DNA of 60,085 nucleotides, counting the filler, from Dirinaria sp. TL-2023a (lineage: Eukaryota), in the NCBI GenBank assembly GCA_051941275.1. It is 6 parts of 6 records of this genome, joined end to end, with 100 filler letters (N's around TTAATTAATTAA, not from the genome) between each part and the next. Parts side by side here need not be neighbours in the genome. Positions count along the whole stretch, not along the records: positions 40,153 to 50,069 come from JAVEBF010000992.1; positions 50,170 to 60,085 come from JAVEBF010000993.1; 4 more parts are not named here. One strand, written 5' to 3'. A program made the translations under genes and the position numbers. Shown here piece after piece: positions 47,332 to 60,085 of the stretch. The notes beneath the pieces were generated by a model. That model was not told the DNA's origin. It saw only the letters and a list, made by a program, of their open reading frames with translations, and searched no databases. Position 1 is the stretch's first letter. Every line of letters begins with the position of its first letter.

Positions 47332-49902
47332 ATGAAAGTACCATGGCGATTAGCAGCCATTGTTAACGTCTTGTGCTTGGCCTTCACCACCGTACATGGT
47401 TCGTGTCACCCATGACTGAAGTCAACCTGTGTTGCACGAGGCTGACATGATCACCCACAGCGAGCTCGCGCAGTAGAAACCCTTTAACATATCTGACTAA
47501 TGTTGACAACCCGGAAATCCAAACCCCCTCACATCGTGTACATGCATCATCGCATTTCGACTTACACTTCGACTTGCATGCGCAACAGCAGCGAATCAAG
47601 CTTACACTGGAACCAAATCATGATATCCTACCAGAAGGAGCCTCGATAACCTATTTGGACGCCGATGGTCAGCCATACCATACAGAGGAGATCCAGAGGC
47701 ATGAGCATAAAGTTTTCAAGGGGGAAGCGTGGGTCGAAGGGCATGGAGGCGGCTGGGTGAACGCCGGATGGGCCAGGATTGTTGTACGAAGAGACGGCGT
47801 CAATCCGCTCTTCGAGGGAGCCTTTACTATCGCGCATAACCATCACCATGTTCAGCTGCGGTCATACTACGCTTCGACCAAGCACGAGCTCGACCCGGAG
47901 TTGGAGTACAGCGATGACGAATACATGGTCGTCTGGCGAGACTCTGATGTCCAGCGCTTGAGTCACCAAGATTTGAGGCGATCAGAGCTCTCTGACAGCT
48001 CTTGCTTGGCCGGGCAGCTGGCGTTCAATTCAGATCCCTCCCACAAAATATTTGCGCCAGCAATCGGCGCACGCTTCAAGCGCAGCACCGGTTATTGGGG
48101 TACTGCTCCTATGGGCTCCTTGTTCGGTAAGAGGCAGATCGACACCAACGGCATCCCCAGTGGGGGGAATTCTGGAGCTGTCAATTTGAAGTCGAGTATC
48201 GGCAGTACAGCCGGCTGTCCAACCACAAGGAAGGTTGCTTTGATCGGCGTTGCTACCGACTGTTCCTATACCGGTACTTTCAATTCCTCAGAGAGCGCTC
48301 ACAAGAACGTTATCACACAAATCAATTCAGCCTCGAATGTTTATGAGAAGACGTTCAACATCACCCTTGGGCTGCGAAACCTAACTGTAAGTGATGCGTC
48401 GTGCCCTGGTACAGCTCCAGCAGCAACCCCGTGGAATATAGGCTGTGCAGGCAATACATCCATTACCGACAGGTTAAATACCTTCTCAGAGTGGCGCGGC
48501 GAGAGGAATGATAGTAACGCCTATTGGACCCTTCTTACCAATTGCAACACAGGCGCCGAAGTCGGTCTATCCTGGCTTGGTCAACTTGGTGTCCGCGGTG
48601 TCCAGAAATCTGCCGGTGAAGTTGTCAGCAGCGCCAATGTCGTTGCTAAAACAGGGACTGAATGGCAGGTCATCGCGCACGAATCAGGGCACACCTTCGG
48701 CGCCGTGCACGATTGTGACTCCCAGACCTGCGCCAACAGCCAAGTGGTGAACGCGCAGCAATGCTGTCCCCTCAGCAGCAGTACCTGCGACGCTGGTGCC
48801 AAATACATCATGAACCCCTCGACTGGTGAAGGCATCACCGGCTTTAGCCCCTGCTCTGTCGGTAACATCTGTTCTGCTCTCGGCCGCAACAGCGTCAATT
48901 CCTCCGCCCTTGTGGACAACAAAGGCGTCACCACCATTACAGGTCAGCAATGCGGTAATGGTATTGTTGAAGATGGTGAAGACTGCGATTGCGGCGGCAC
49001 CGCATCCTGTGGCAACAACACCTGTTGCGACGCTACGACATGCAAATTCAAAGGTTCCGCTGTCTGCGATGACTCAAACGAGGACTGTTGTAGAAACTGC
49101 CAATTCGCTTCCGCCGGCACTGTCTGTCGAGCGAGCACAGGCCAATGCGATCCTCAAGAAACCTGCTCTGGCACTGACGCTACATGTCCGGCTGACTCGA
49201 CCGCACCAGACGGGCAGTCATGTGGAAATTCAAGCACCAACCTGCAGTGCGCGAGTGGGCAATGTACGAGTCGAAATCAGCAGTGCAAGACGCTTATGGG
49301 CAGCTACACAAGCAACAACGATACCTACGCATGCAACAGCCAGGACTGCACACTTAGTTGCGCCAGTCCAGAGTTTGGCACCGGCGTCTGTTATTCAATG
49401 CAGCAGAATTTCCTCGATGGCACTGTCTGCGGTGGCGGAGGGAAGTGCTCGAATGTGAGTTTTTGGTTCCCCATCCCAAGCTCTCTTTCTCACCAGTTCT
49501 ATTTGGTACCCATACTAACAAAACTCCCCACTTTAGGGCCGCTGCAAAGGCTCGTCCACGGCGAAAGAAATCGGCAGCTGGATCCACGACAACAAAAACC
49601 TTGTCATCGGCATCTGCTGCGGCGTCGGCGGCCTCTTCCTCCTTGCCATCCTCGGCTGCTGCATCCGGTGCTGTCGCCGCCCGCGCCAGCAATCCCGCAA
49701 ACCCCGGCAGGCCCCTCCTCCCATGATGATGAGCGGCGGTGCGTGGGCCGGCCAGAACAACCGTGGATGGGCCGGAACGGGCGTCTACGCAAACAATAAT
49801 AATAATAATAACAACAATCGGGGCACCACCGGCCCCAATTGGCAGCATTATCCCCCGCCCATACCGCAGCAGTATACCCAGCCGAGTGTGAGGTATGCGT
49901 AG
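47332..49902 (+). CDS. Fungal ADAM metalloprotease (prodomain, reprolysin, disintegrin, Cys-rich, TM)
   Basis: Signal-peptide exon 47332-47398; introns 47399-47460 and 49455-49536. Zinc motif AHESGHTFGAVHD, Met-turn YIMNP, disintegrin CGNGIVEDGEDCDCG, TM LVIGICCGVGGLFLLAILGCC. Confidence 0.95.
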
Positions 49903-50069
49903 ATTAAGGACATTTGGATATCGGATGGATGTGTGGGTCTTGCTATATATGGCGGGAAAATGGGAAATCACGGCGGGAATTTTGCATCCTCACTTAGGCG
50001 GCGTTAAATTCTCTCCTTTCTTTTGGAAGGTATGGTGATGATGACGTTCATGAGACAGAAAATCGATAT

Positions 50070-50169
50070 NNNNNNNNNNNNNNNNNNNNNNNNNNNNNNN
50101 NNNNNNNNNNNNNTTAATTAATTAANNNNNNNNNNNNNNNNNNNNNNNNNNNNNNNNNNNNNNNNNNNN
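50070..50169. other. Artificial contig spacer
   Basis: 44 N + TTAATTAATTAA + 44 N. Confidence 0.98.
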
Positions 50170-50486
50170 AAAGTAGCTAGCTGAGCGCCGGCTGTTAAAG
50201 CTGATGCCCATTAACCATATCGATGCCTTGTGCTGCCCATGCAGTGCAATATCAAAGCTCAGACTGTCCGTCATAGCGGTCCTTCGTACCTTCTCATGCA
50301 CAGTTGAGCCAGGCAGGTTTCACCATCCGGCGCAATTGAAGCGCTACTTGTGTTCCATCTCCACCTTAACTACCAACTTTCATCAATGCCGCTCTGTAAA
50401 ACAAGCTCACTATCAGCTTGTCTTGTATCAGAAAATAAAAACAAAAAAAAGAGGGAAAAAAGACAAGAGATGAGTGGGTCAGGAAC

Positions 50487-51089
50487 TCACAACCCCAACC
50501 CCTCAGCGCCGACCCTCCTCATCTCCAAACAACCCCCCACGATAGCAACGGCCAGACTACCTCCAAAAGGAATCGCTTGTGGGAAACCTTCACCAAACTC
50601 TGGGTCCACGGCCTTAGCGCCTGGGTAGAGTATGCCCGTGAAGGCAGCGACCCAGTACATGCTGCCGAGGAAGGTAGCGATGCGGATAGATTCGCGGGCG
50701 ACCAAAGGGTTGGTGATCGCGGAGCCATCGTCCAATGGGGTGCGGAAGGTGTAGTATAAGGTGGAGATGGCGAGGATGACGCTGAAGGTCATACTATTGG
50801 CTGGTTAGCGGGAATATCATAATTTGCTGCAGGTTGGTTGTGGAGGGGACCAGGTCCATATAGTTTTGGCAAGAGAAAATGGCAGATTGGTTTACAGGAC
50901 GGGGGAAAGAGACAGAGAGAGGGATAGAGGGAGAGCATCCTACGTTTGGCCATTGTGGAAGCGGGCGTGCGGGGGCCAGCGAGGGTTGAATACATGAGTG
51001 GGCGACCAGTCAGCGACGAACGAGGCGACGGACTGATTGAGAGCTGAGACACTGAGGAGAGCGCGGCCGATGGTCAGAAACGGGGCCAT
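50487..51089 (-). CDS. Small membrane protein with NPRWPPHARFH motif (DUF6640-like, from recall)
   Basis: Exon 51089-50944 (MAPFLTIGRALL..ADWSPTHVFNPRWPPHARFHNGQT), intron 50794-50943, then the hydrophobic exon 50793-50487. Confidence 0.75.
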
Positions 51090-52158
51090 GATTGCGTTGG
51101 GTGGCTACTGGCTGGTGAGGGTGAGCGCTTTGGGATGAGTTATTCGGTGATCGAATTATCAGGTCAGATATCCCGTACAAGTGAAGTAAGGTAGGGAGAT
51201 GGAGAGCTTCCAAGTCTCCCACTCGGCCTCTTTCGGCCTCCGCCTGAGGGGCTCCATGATGATTCAATCGGTCTGTTCGGCGCAGCCAAGGCCGTCCATT
51301 GAAGCGACGAAATGCTGCCAAGCCGATCGATGGCTGCACAACCTCCTCATTGCGTCGATATCAAGTTCCTTTGACATGGTACGAGTACAGCCAGACAGCT
51401 TACGACGTCCCACAGACGATGAACTGATCCCACACAGCCCAGGGAGCCGAACCTTATTGTTCCCGTCCCAAGCCCCTTCCTTCCTTCGGCTAGCCTGCCG
51501 AACATCACTGGCGTTACTCAGCACACTGTGCCACTGGCAGACTTGCATCTGAGAGGCTCGGCGGCCGGGCCAGCCTCACTCCGCACTAACTGCCAAGCTG
51601 GTGCTGATCGCAATTGGAGGCCCGGAGGGAGTTCCGTCACACCCTACGAGCCTACCTAGAGATCCACCTACCTTACGAACCTCTCGGAGGTCGGGCAAGG
51701 TGCGTTTGGAGATAGTAAGCACTAGATTCTGTACCTAAATCCAATCGGAACAGAGCCCCCGGCGCCCCAAGCTTATCGTTACCACGGAAATTAACAAGCT
51801 TATATCAAAAGTAATCGAAATGTACGTAAGATTACTTTAAATCCCAAACAAAATAGACGCGCGGGAGTTGGGGAGAGAAGAGGAGAGCAAGGGCGGTTTT
51901 TTTTCCCCCCTCAAAATGGCTGAAGCAGAAGGACTGATCAGGATGTCTGAGCAAGCGATAATGAGGTGATGAAGTTGCGAATCTGGAATGTGGAACGATT
52001 TTCCTCCAAGGTATTTCCAACATCAACCCACACCTGGTCTACCATTCCATATTTCACTGGTACAGACTATCGGCATTTCTTTTCCCACTCTGCCCTTCGA
52101 TATCTCCATTCGTCTCAACCCATTGAGTACTGCTGTCGTACTCTGGCAAACAGCGCTC

Positions 52159-53773
52159 TTACAAGTCCTCCTCCTGCGCCACAGTAGCGCTCAGCGGGCC
52201 CTTCTTCACCATCATGGTCATGACCTCGTAGAGCACATCCGCCGCTGCCATCGTGGTGTGCTCTGCATTGGTATCATACGCCGGCGCCACCTCGACGATA
52301 TCCGCGGCGACGAAATTGATCCCCTCAAGCCCGCGCAGGATGGTGCGGAGTTCGCGCGTGGACCAGCCACCTGTCTCAGGGGTGCCGGTTGCGGGCGCGA
52401 CTGTACAGGGTTAGCTGGCGTGGCTTCGCCGGTTGAAGATGGACAAGTCCAGGGCGAAGACATCGGGAGAATTAGTAAGCACGAGAGACTTACATGCGGG
52501 GTCCAAGGTATCGATGTCGATACTGAGATAAACCGGATTCTCGGTCCCAACCCTGTCCCTAATCTTCTTGATGATCCCTGCCGTACCAATAGTATCGATC
52601 TCTCGGGCTTCGGAGATCTCGAAGCCGCAATAGCCATCGTTCTCGTAGTCGCTGAGGCCGGACAGCGTGGTGCGTATGCCGGCGTGGATATTGCTGTCGT
52701 TTGCCAAGAGGCCACCCTCATGTGCGTGGTAGAAATAAGTGCCGTGATTGACGGAGGCTTGCTCTGTGGGCGCGCCGCCGAAAACTTTGGGGCGCCATGT
52801 ATCGCTGAACATGCGTAAGCATCCACATATGTAGAATCATCAATTCGCGGTATGGGTGTAATGCAGACACGCTCAAGGGCCAAGATGATTTGAACGACGA
52901 TGAAACAGGAAACTCACAGATGGCTGTCAAAGTGAATAACGCTGACGGGACCGTAAGCTTTATTGACGCTTCGAAGGAGCGGCAAGGTGATAGTGTGATC
53001 TCCGCCCAAAGTTATAACCCTCGGCAGTGTCTTGCCCTTCAGCGACGGGCCTTTCTTTCTGGAATCCGTGGCTGGCTCGCGCATCAAAATTGAATTGTGG
53101 CCCTCTTCGATTTGCCGAATGGCGTACGCGTTATCATACCTATGCTTGATCAGTCGAGCATCCAATGCGTATTTCTTGAGACACACGTACGAAGTTACCG
53201 GTATATCCCCACAATCCAGTACCCTGGCCCAACTGTTGAACGGGTTCGCGTCGAGAGGCACATTGTAGCCGCCGCTGAAACGCACTTTGCGTGAGCCTTC
53301 GCAATCAGGCAAGAATAAGCTGCTGAAGTACATACTACAGGTTGAGACGACGAGAACCTTGTCTGATGCCTGTCGGGCCGAACCGCGCTCCTGGACGATA
53401 CGATGTGCCTGTGTCGAACGGTGCGCCTAGGAAGCAAATATCAGCACCTCTTCTCGAACAGATAGAACCTTCGAAGGCTATACCTATGAATGCAATGTCG
53501 TACTTCTCCGTGTCGCTGGCTAAGCATGGATAATATGGTAGGCGGCCAAACGTCGAGATGCCGGAAAAGACGGAATCGGCCTGAAGCAGTCACTATCGGT
53601 TGATCAATTCCGAAGGATAATATAAGGCTCACCTGCGTCCCTCCGTCGCCAGGAATATTATTGACGGTATTATACCACAAGCTCTTGTGAGGTCCCTGGA
53701 TAGGGTTTTGGCCATGATCGGAGTGAGCACCTGCAATGGTCGCCAGGGAGACAATGCACCAAACACACTTCAT
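52159..53773 (-). CDS. Agmatinase/guanidinobutyrase-type ureohydrolase with signal peptide, multi-exon
   Basis: GAPFDTGTSYRPGARFGP, LGGDHT, HFDSHL|DTW, LSIDIDTLDPA|FAPATGTPETGGW, DIVEVAPAYD; ends QEEDL*. Confidence 0.92.
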
Positions 53774-55016
53774 CCTGAAAGCTAGAGCTATCTTCAAAAC
53801 TGATATCTAATGTAGGTACAATTGGTGAACCGTGAAGCTCCAGTATGCGTCGTGACGAATTATTTTACTTTTTTTTTGCATCCATAGCGAACGTCCTGCT
53901 ATTTTAAAGCCATATCCAGCGGGGTGCATCGGTGAGCTAAGCTCGGGAAGATGCATTTATGCCGTAGAACTTAGGTAAGAGAGATCTCGAAGAAAGCGCG
54001 TGGATGGCGTCAAGCTTCCTTGCGCGTTGACGGCCTCAACGGCAACCCGGTCCAAAACCATGGATGTATTAGGACCTACACTGTCCATTGAAGGCTGCTC
54101 CTTGTTCGCAACGGGATCCTGTTCAGACTTGGCCTGTTGAAGGCGCTCAAAGCGGGACCAGTCACATGGGAGCTGCATCCTCGAGCGAGGTCAATGTGGA
54201 GAGGCTGTATGTAATAGCGGCAGTGATGGGACACGATGGGACACATCCATAGGTCAATGCCTTCAAGAACCCTGGTAGATATTATGTAAGGCGCCTTTTG
54301 CTTATCGCCAGCCTGAAGTCAATTCAGATTCGGATGACAGGACGAAACTGGAAGCTTTCTGGTTATTTTTTGGCTATTCTTCACCGATGGTCCGGTAGGG
54401 AGGCCGTAGGAAGAAATGCGACTGGCTTGATCCTTATCGTGCGGCGAGACATCGAATACGGCGCTACTTAATGCAACTAAGATCCCTTGGTGAGCTTGGC
54501 TAACCGAGACACAGCTGTATGAGGGCTAAATTAGGGCTTCAAACCCAAAAGCACCATACCTTAGCTCCAGAGAACCTCGCGAGTCACTTTTCTAGGAAAT
54601 CGGCCAGTCAAGGCATACAGTTTCTGTTTCTCTTGAAAAAGAGACTGGAGCACGTAGCGTTCTTTTCGTAAGGGCGGCATTATGTTCGGCAATTCTAGGA
54701 GTGCTGACCCAAGACCACGGCGGGGTTAGGAAGGACATACGGAGTAGTAAATCATGATCCCCACGCTATTCACGGTTATCGATGCGTCCGGTTCTCACAG
54801 ACCGAAGGGTAAGGTAGTTAGAGTGTAGGCTTTGACCAGCGCTTTGAGTCATGATGTGTCCGACAGAAATACTCCATTCCAAACAATTTTGCATGGGAAT
54901 GTTTGGTCAAGTAGATTTGGCCAAATGGGTGATAATTGGCTGTTCTCCGATCTCAACCGAACTTTTGGTTGTTTATCATCAATGACCCTCTATGTGCATG
55001 ATGCCGTAGATGCAAT

Positions 55017-56662
55017 TTATGAGCCTTCCTCGTGAGGTGTTGGGAGTCCATTTTCTGCGCGCTCATCATGATCCATCCTTTCGAATGCCTTCTTCACCTG
55101 ATATTCCCAATTGCTGAGAGCGACAATTGCCCACTCTAATATGCCGACGATGTACAGTGCAATGCATTGCCCAACCCACAAGCCTTTCAAGCCCCATCCG
55201 TGGAAGGCGAGCCATATCCCAAGGGGCAGAGCACCGCAGTAATAGCTGACAATGTTGACCGCCGCGCCAATATGCTGCCTGCCCATGCCTCGGAGACTAC
55301 CTCCACAACTGCCATTGAGGCCGTCTGCAATTTGAAACAGAGCGACGAAAGGGAGCACTTCGGCAGTAAGCTTGACAACATCCGGGTCATTGTTGAATAT
55401 CTTGGCGAAATGATCCTTCGTGCCCATAAGGATGGCGAGCACGAGGGCACCGAGAAGCATACTGAGCCATGCAGCCGTATTCGCAGCTCTCGCCGCACCC
55501 CTTGCGTTTTGAGAGCCCAAAAGATTGCCGACTCTCGAACTTGCAGCGACGCCAAGACCAAACGGTATAGTGTTCATGACCTGATCCGATGTCATGATGA
55601 CACTCTGCGCTGCGAGTGGTATTGTACCTAGTCTGCCAGCAGCTAAGGCGACAATCTCGAATGCCCACCACTCAGTTCCGACATGGATGATGCCCAGGCA
55701 TGCCAGCCGAGCAAAGGTCCCAGAGTTGTGCAAACACTTTCTGGACCAGCCACCCCAACCCTCCCATCCTTTTACAAAGCGAGCGTAGGCCAGAAGCAGT
55801 AGGAAAGAAAGCCAATACGATATGCCTGTAGCAATAGGTGCCCCAAGGAGACCAATTTTGAAAGTGTAGACAAAGAGGAAATTGAGGGCAGCATTCAGGG
55901 GCGACGTGATGAGGAGGACGTATGTTCCAGGCCGCATGATTTCTGAAAGATATCAGCTGGGCCACAATTGAGGCCGAGATTAACAGAAAGGGACGTACCC
56001 TGAGCTTGCAGGTACTTTTTCATGCATTCGAAGTACACATAGCCTAAACCCCCCGGAACCATGCACATAAGGAACCGTGCACTATCGTGGGACAGCTGTT
56101 TCCCTTGGCCTAATGCTAGGAAGACCGGCTCCGAGCAAAACCATAGTACAGCAACGGGGACATAGAAAACTCCAAGGGTAATGAAAGCTCTCTGCAATAG
56201 TATTCCCAGATCATGCGGGTCTGAGCTTCCAGTGAAGGTGGCAGAACATAATGTATCCAGCGCAGTTGACCCTCCCAGAGCAATCAGCCACGCGGTGCTC
56301 ATTGCAAACATGTACGAGAAAGCCGCGGTTGCTAGATCTTCTGGTGACCCTCTTCCTACGATCACCACGGAGATTGTTTGCAGAGAGTTCTGGAGAGCGT
56401 ATGCCAAAATGACCGGTATAGATCCCTTCAACAAAATCTTGAATTCGTCGAAAACGTCCCTAGAGCCTTGTTTCACCTTATCTTCAATGGTGTATGTCTC
56501 TCCATTCCCTTGGCTGTCCGAATCTGGAAATCCATTGGCGCTTTTAGGCAGAAGACTTGAGACTTCATTGGGAGAAGCGTCGCCTGGCATATTCTGGTCA
56601 TGCTTCTTTGATTTTCGCAGAAATTCTGGCAGCCAGGACCGCGCCGGACTTGTTTCGTCCAT
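55017..56662 (-). CDS. MATE-family efflux transporter (Erc1-like)
   Basis: ALDTLCS..LGILLQRA, KKYLQAQ|EIMRP (intron 55943-55998), EWWAFEIVALAAG, RVGNLLG, FQIADG..GSLRGMGRQ. Confidence 0.93.
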
Positions 56663-57094
56663 GGTCTTAGATTCGAAAGGGATTCATACCACTTATGAGA
56701 AGCGATGATCGCAAGTCACGGTAACAGATAGTATATCTCCAGACGATACCCAAGACGGCACAGAAGTAATGTAGAATTGCAGCAGTCTATAGTATAGAAA
56801 TATCAAGAAAATATAGTAGCTAAGTTGTGCATGAGAACCCAGATCATGCAATGACCATTTTAAGTACGTCAGCTAGATGTAGGGTCGAGGCCAGATGGGC
56901 TCCGAGGTGCAATATGCAGAATTCCAATTGGCAGACAGGCAAAAAAAGGCCTTGCAAAGAGAAAGGCCGGTGAGGAGTACATACAGTAGCTAGCTGCATA
57001 ACGCAACTTCCCACAGGTCAAGGAAGGTCGCGGAGCAGCTCGGCACCTGCTCCCAGCGAGTCCCAGGTCTGTTCGTGTGGCCAATCCGTGGATG

Positions 57095-57118
57095 CTAGGT
57101 ACGAGTTCTCGTACCTAG
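57095..57118. repeat. Perfect inverted repeat (11-bp arms, 2-nt spacer)
   Basis: ctaggtacgag-tt-ctcgtacctag. Confidence 0.85.
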
Positions 57119-57931
57119 GTACTTACTATCATCCGGTAAGCACGTCACCTAGTGTAGGAGTCGCTGGTGTATCCTCGAGCATTTTGAACTTTCTGATCCA
57201 GGGATCTTTGTGGAAAAAATCCTAACGTTGTTTTCGACAAGGCCAGACCCCACACTAAACGACTAGCAGCTATGGTGTACACTTAGCCCCTTCTAAGGCA
57301 AGGTACTCTACCTGCCTTCCCTAAATGTCAACCGTACCCAGCCTAATCTAGATAAACACCACACAGTGGAGTCCAATGAGTACAGTAAAGTACATGTATC
57401 TCATGAATTTTCGCTTTTAGTAGCTGTCCTTTTTGTTACTTGTCTCAAGTATGACGTCCAATCTCGCTTGTGTCGGTGGTCGCTGGCAGTCTTCAAAAAG
57501 CAGCCCAGCTTAGAGTTGAATGAATCCATGCTGTCTTTACTAGACGGCGGGCCGTAGCCTTGCAGATAACGGGAACATATCAGTAATGCTGTCGCCCAAT
57601 CACACTTCAGTCTTCAGCTCATTTTGAAAAGGAAAGAAATCAAAACGTGACATAAGGCAATTCCTGATCGTCGACGATATGGAGATCTGTTCCAGGTGGC
57701 AACGGCACTCTCCTGCCGTGCATGCACACCATCTTTTCCCAGCAGTTGGGACCGCCAGAGACCCTGGGCTGGATCGTCTGACAGGGGCCTTTTTTCGGCG
57801 AACGGCTGCGTAAACGTTGTATGATGTGATATATGCCTTAGCTGTGATCTTCTGATCTTCTTTCTCGCCTCGAGTTCTCATTGCAGTCATTGTGTACTTC
57901 TCTGTCCAAATTATCAGCTGTAACGGTCGAA

Positions 57932-59885
57932 ATGAGCTTCGAAAACGGGAACAATGTCACCGGCAAGGAGAAAGAAGGCGCCGAAGCTATAAATGAGAAA
58001 GAACCTTTCGATCGCTTGGAAGGCCGAGCTGATGAGACTATTGTAATGAAAGATGGAGTGCGGACGCATCCACAGCCAACAGCAGACCCGCTCGATCCCT
58101 TGAATTGGTCATCGACCAAGAAGCATACTATTCTGGCTATCGTCATGTACATGTAAGGAATCCTATCTGCTCCTCAAACTATTGAAGAGATGATCATACA
58201 TCTGAGGATGACGGGATGGGAGGAATGATGAGCCAACGCTCAATGCTATCCTCGCAAAGAGCATCAGCCAAACGTATCTTAAGCTCCGCTGACATTATTG
58301 CATTCCACAGGTATTTTATGTTTACATACATAACCACTACCACAGTTCCCTCTTTTACTCAACTGCAAACCCAATACGGCATCTCATACTCACAAGTCAA
58401 TTGGACTGTCGCTATTCCCGCCCTGGGTCTCGCGTTCGGCCCGCTTTTCTGGTCTTCTCTCGCGGACATCTACGGTCGCCGTATCATATTCATCAGCGGC
58501 ACCGTCATCGCCCTGGCCGCTACCATTGGAGCAGGAGGAGCGAAGGATTATGGTGGGTACATGGCCGCGCGCTTCTTTCAAGGTTTTGGAGTCAGTCCAG
58601 GCGCCACTGTAGGCATGGCGACTATTGGGGACATGTTCTTCGAGCATGAACGAGGGCAGAAGCTTGGATTGTGGGTGCTTGCCATTGACTCTGGACTGCT
58701 GGTCGGGCCGATCATTGGTGGCTTCATGGATCTTGTGAGCGCGGCGTGGATACAGTGGCTGACAGCGCTTATGTTCGCGCTTCTGCTGGCGTTGGAGGTG
58801 CTCTTCATGTCCGAGACACTGTATCCGCGAAACTACATGCTCACACGCTTGCCCATATCAAGCGGCGGTGAAAGCGCAGACCTGGAACGATTAGGCAGCG
58901 AAAAAGCCAATGCCGATGTGGTGGACCTCAAGCGGACAACGAAGCTCTTCTACCTCAACTTCAAGCCGGTGCCTGGCATGCGGCATCCGAAGCCTTGGGA
59001 CTCACTGATTAGATTCATACTAACCTTCAAGTACCCTGTCGTGGTCATTGGCGTCTTCATATATTGCTTTGCATGGTATTGGTGGGTCCTATCAATTATC
59101 ACGATGTTGCCAGCCGCGTACGCGCAATATTCGCCTCAAATCCAAGGTCTTCTCTTCCTCGGACTACTACTCGGCACGCTTTTCTCCGAAGTCTTCTGCT
59201 CTGGCCGGCTCAGTGATTGGATCGTCCTAAGGCTAGCGAAGAAAAATGATGGGATCCGTGTTCCGGAGATGAGGATTTGGCTCGCCTATCCCGCTGCTCT
59301 ACTGAGTGCAAGTGAGTTATAGCCACCCTTTTTGAGACTGTATATTTCGCTAACATAACCAAGTCGGCTTGATTATCTGGGGCATCAGCATTGATAAAAT
59401 GTACCACTGGATCGTTGGTCAGATCGCATTCTTCCTCTGTAAGTCTCCGCACTCTCCGCTGTTTCTCCATTCGAAGCTAATATGCTACAACAGTCGCTGC
59501 TGGCATTCAAATGGGCAACACGATGATCACATCCTACATCGTCGACAGCTACCCGCTTCAATCCATGAGCGTCATAACCTTTTATTCCGTCCTCCTGAAC
59601 CTCAGCGCTTTCATCAATCCCGTAAGTCTTAACTTAAACCCTTAATGCCCCCCCCCGGGGGTCCAATACCAAAACAGCGCCAACTAACAAGACTCCTCAA
59701 AATTCCAGTTCTTTATCGCGCCCTGGCAGACTGCAAACGGTTTCACGTGGACGTTTGCCGCCCAAGGCATCATGACCTTCTTCATCTCCGTCCCTGTGTT
59801 TGCAGCGCTGCATCACGTGGGTCCGAAGCTGAGGGCGCGTGCTGGCCAGCCCGCATGGGTCAACCCGGAATACGATACCCTGTAA
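57932..59885 (+). CDS. MFS transporter (DHA1-like), multi-exon
   Basis: PQPTADPLDPLNWS..KK; LADIYGRR; ARFFQGFG; IGDMFFEHERG; ETLYPR; PEMRIW; SYIVDSYP; ends WVNPEYDTL*. Confidence 0.92.
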
Positions 59886-60085
59886 ATTTTGTAACACCTC
59901 TCTGTATATACAGGTACAAATATATACATATATATATACTTCCTAACTCTGTGGGAGGTTCGCCAGCTATATATCCTGAACCCTTTAGAAGGGAAGCATT
60001 CATCTTGCAACGCAACAATCGCCCTCCATCCATCTACCTACCAACCTATACCTCCTCCCCCCCCCTAAAAACTTCCCATTTACAT

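Noticed and set aside
58153..58310. C-box-like ATGATGA and CTGA in the long first MFS intron, suggesting a snoRNA
   Set aside because: The CTGA coincides with the branch site, and there is no convincing terminal stem or rRNA guide

Overview
Filamentous ascomycete (Pezizomycotina) genomic DNA with short GT-AG introns and CTRAC/CTAAY branch sites. The window is not one locus. It is six ~9.9 kb contigs joined by artificial 100-nt spacers (44 N + TTAATTAATTAA + 44 N) in descending length order (9959, 9940, 9929, 9924, 9917, 9916 nt), so gene neighbourhood is meaningful only within a block. Block 1 (1-9959) looks accessory. It holds a secreted protein with a CD38/ADP-ribosyl-cyclase-like motif pattern, an ankyrin-repeat gene, a 339-bp MITE with perfect 54-bp TIRs containing telomere-like GGGTTA units, a spliced gene fusing a HeLo-like N-terminus to a CorA-like membrane domain, and two diverged ~400-bp direct repeats. 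Blocks 2-6 are mostly housekeeping: a PXA-PX protein, RING protein, thioesterase, DDHD phospholipase, TDP1-like protein, flavoprotein, SER1, BIG1-like protein, RRP17, tropomyosin, candidate securin, TPR-SET protein, SSN6/CYC8, ADAM protease, agmatinase-family enzyme, and MATE and MFS transporters. They also contain an internally deleted homoaconitase pseudogene and two small Cys-containing secreted proteins. All family calls come from motif recognition by eye; no searches were run.
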